A stretch of 64,000 nt of DNA from Lepidodermella squamata (taxonomy: Eukaryota > Animalia > Gastrotricha). Of this stretch, positions 63,227-64,000 are shown one piece after another. Made by a program: the position numbers and the translations under genes. Location of the stretch: contig JBLDXI010000009.1 of the NCBI GenBank assembly GCA_047495785.1, forward strand, positions 1,302,001 to 1,366,000, written 5' to 3'. Within the stretch, counting starts at the first letter, position 1; each line of letters opens with the position of its first letter. The notes under the pieces are model-generated. The model was not told the DNA's origin, searched no databases, and saw nothing but the letters and a program-made list of their open reading frames with translations.

Positions 63227-63770
63227 TTATAAAACGACTTGTAGCCAGTCCCGTGGGTCGTGTGAGAGGCTCCGCTGGCTAGGTTTTCGAACTTCGCGTA
63301 AATGCCAAGCTGGGCACTTATCGGCAAGAACTTTGCGAACGTCTTCTGACGTTGGGCGAATACCACAGACGTAGTTGATGTAGTCCGCCATACCGAGACT
63401 TGCTGCTAAGCAGCGTTCGCCATAGCGTTTGAAAGCATCAAGGAAGACATCCTCAATGGAGTCGACTCCGGCGTAAGCGAATGCGTCAATTATTTCCGTT
63501 TCGAAGGGCAGATCAAACAAGGCTCGAAGGCAGTGGGCTTGAATTTCCGCCAGTTTTCCGACCGAGGAGGGCGCAAGGCAGCGAAGGGCAGGGGCTCCAT
63601 AGGCTACCAAGAACTCCGCAGGGCTGTTTTTATAAAAGAGCACACAAAGGTTTTTAGGCAAAACGTGCCGCTTGGCCAGGGCGGAGAGGGCGCCAAGGCG
63701 AGGCTTCAGTTTTGAGGCAATTATTTCAAGATGGTAATTCCAATTTAGCTGGGGTGTGAGGTATATCCCG
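63227..63770 (-). mobile_element. 5'-truncated non-LTR retrotransposon (LINE) remnant: RT thumb and C-terminal region
   Basis: GIYLTPQLNWNYHLEIIASKLKPRLGAL...LFYK...VAYGAPA...KLAEIQAHCLRALF matches the LINE post-RT pattern. Confidence 0.7.
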
Positions 63771-64000
63771 ACGATGTTGGTTTTCAGCGGTTGATGAAAC
63801 ACGCTTGTCCACGTTATAAAATTCCTTCTCGGCTGTATTTTTTCGATAAAATCATCCCAGCTATGTGTAAGGGCGCTGTTGATGGCATCAAGAACAGCCC
63901 GTTATTCAAGGCGGAAGATTTTTCTTTCACTTCCGACCTGTGGACATCGCGAGCTAGCTGTTGCACTTTCAGCTAATGAAGCGTCGATTTCTATGGTCAT
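63770..64000 (+). mobile_element. hAT-superfamily transposase fragment (degenerate)
   Basis: DDVGFQRLMKHACPRYKIPSRLYF..IIP...FSFTSDLWTSRA includes the first catalytic Asp motif (T-x-D-x-W); stop at 63976. Confidence 0.7.

Overview
Gene-dense region of a compact animal (invertebrate-type) genome with canonical GT-AG introns mostly about 45-60 nt. The organism cannot be named from the sequence. The ORF track fragments most genes, so the models below were spliced by hand and their boundaries are approximate. Contents: four paralogous class A GPCRs with a six-cysteine N-terminal ectodomain; a START-domain gene; two tandem ATP8B-like P4-ATPase flippases; two intronless GABA-B-like class C GPCRs (one frameshifted); a claudin/PMP22-like gene; six CYP2-clan P450s; a pseudokinase-ankyrin gene; a heavily N-glycosylated secreted protein; an L-type-lectin/mucin/CBM1-like gene that may splice on to SEA-like exons; tRNA-Arg(ACG); an apparently intact 4421-bp ISL2EU-type transposon inserted in a P450; several MITE-like inverted repeats; and LINE and hAT remnants. 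Best leads: (1) a fungal-type CBM1-like module inside an animal lectin-mucin(-SEA) protein, possibly with a GPCR nested in its last intron; (2) ATP8B-backbone flippases carrying the TM4 glutamine associated with glucosylceramide transport; (3) the young two-gene transposon that breaks a P450; (4) the atypical GPCR family, which shares an upstream motif; (5) an intronless P450 lacking the I-helix threonine.
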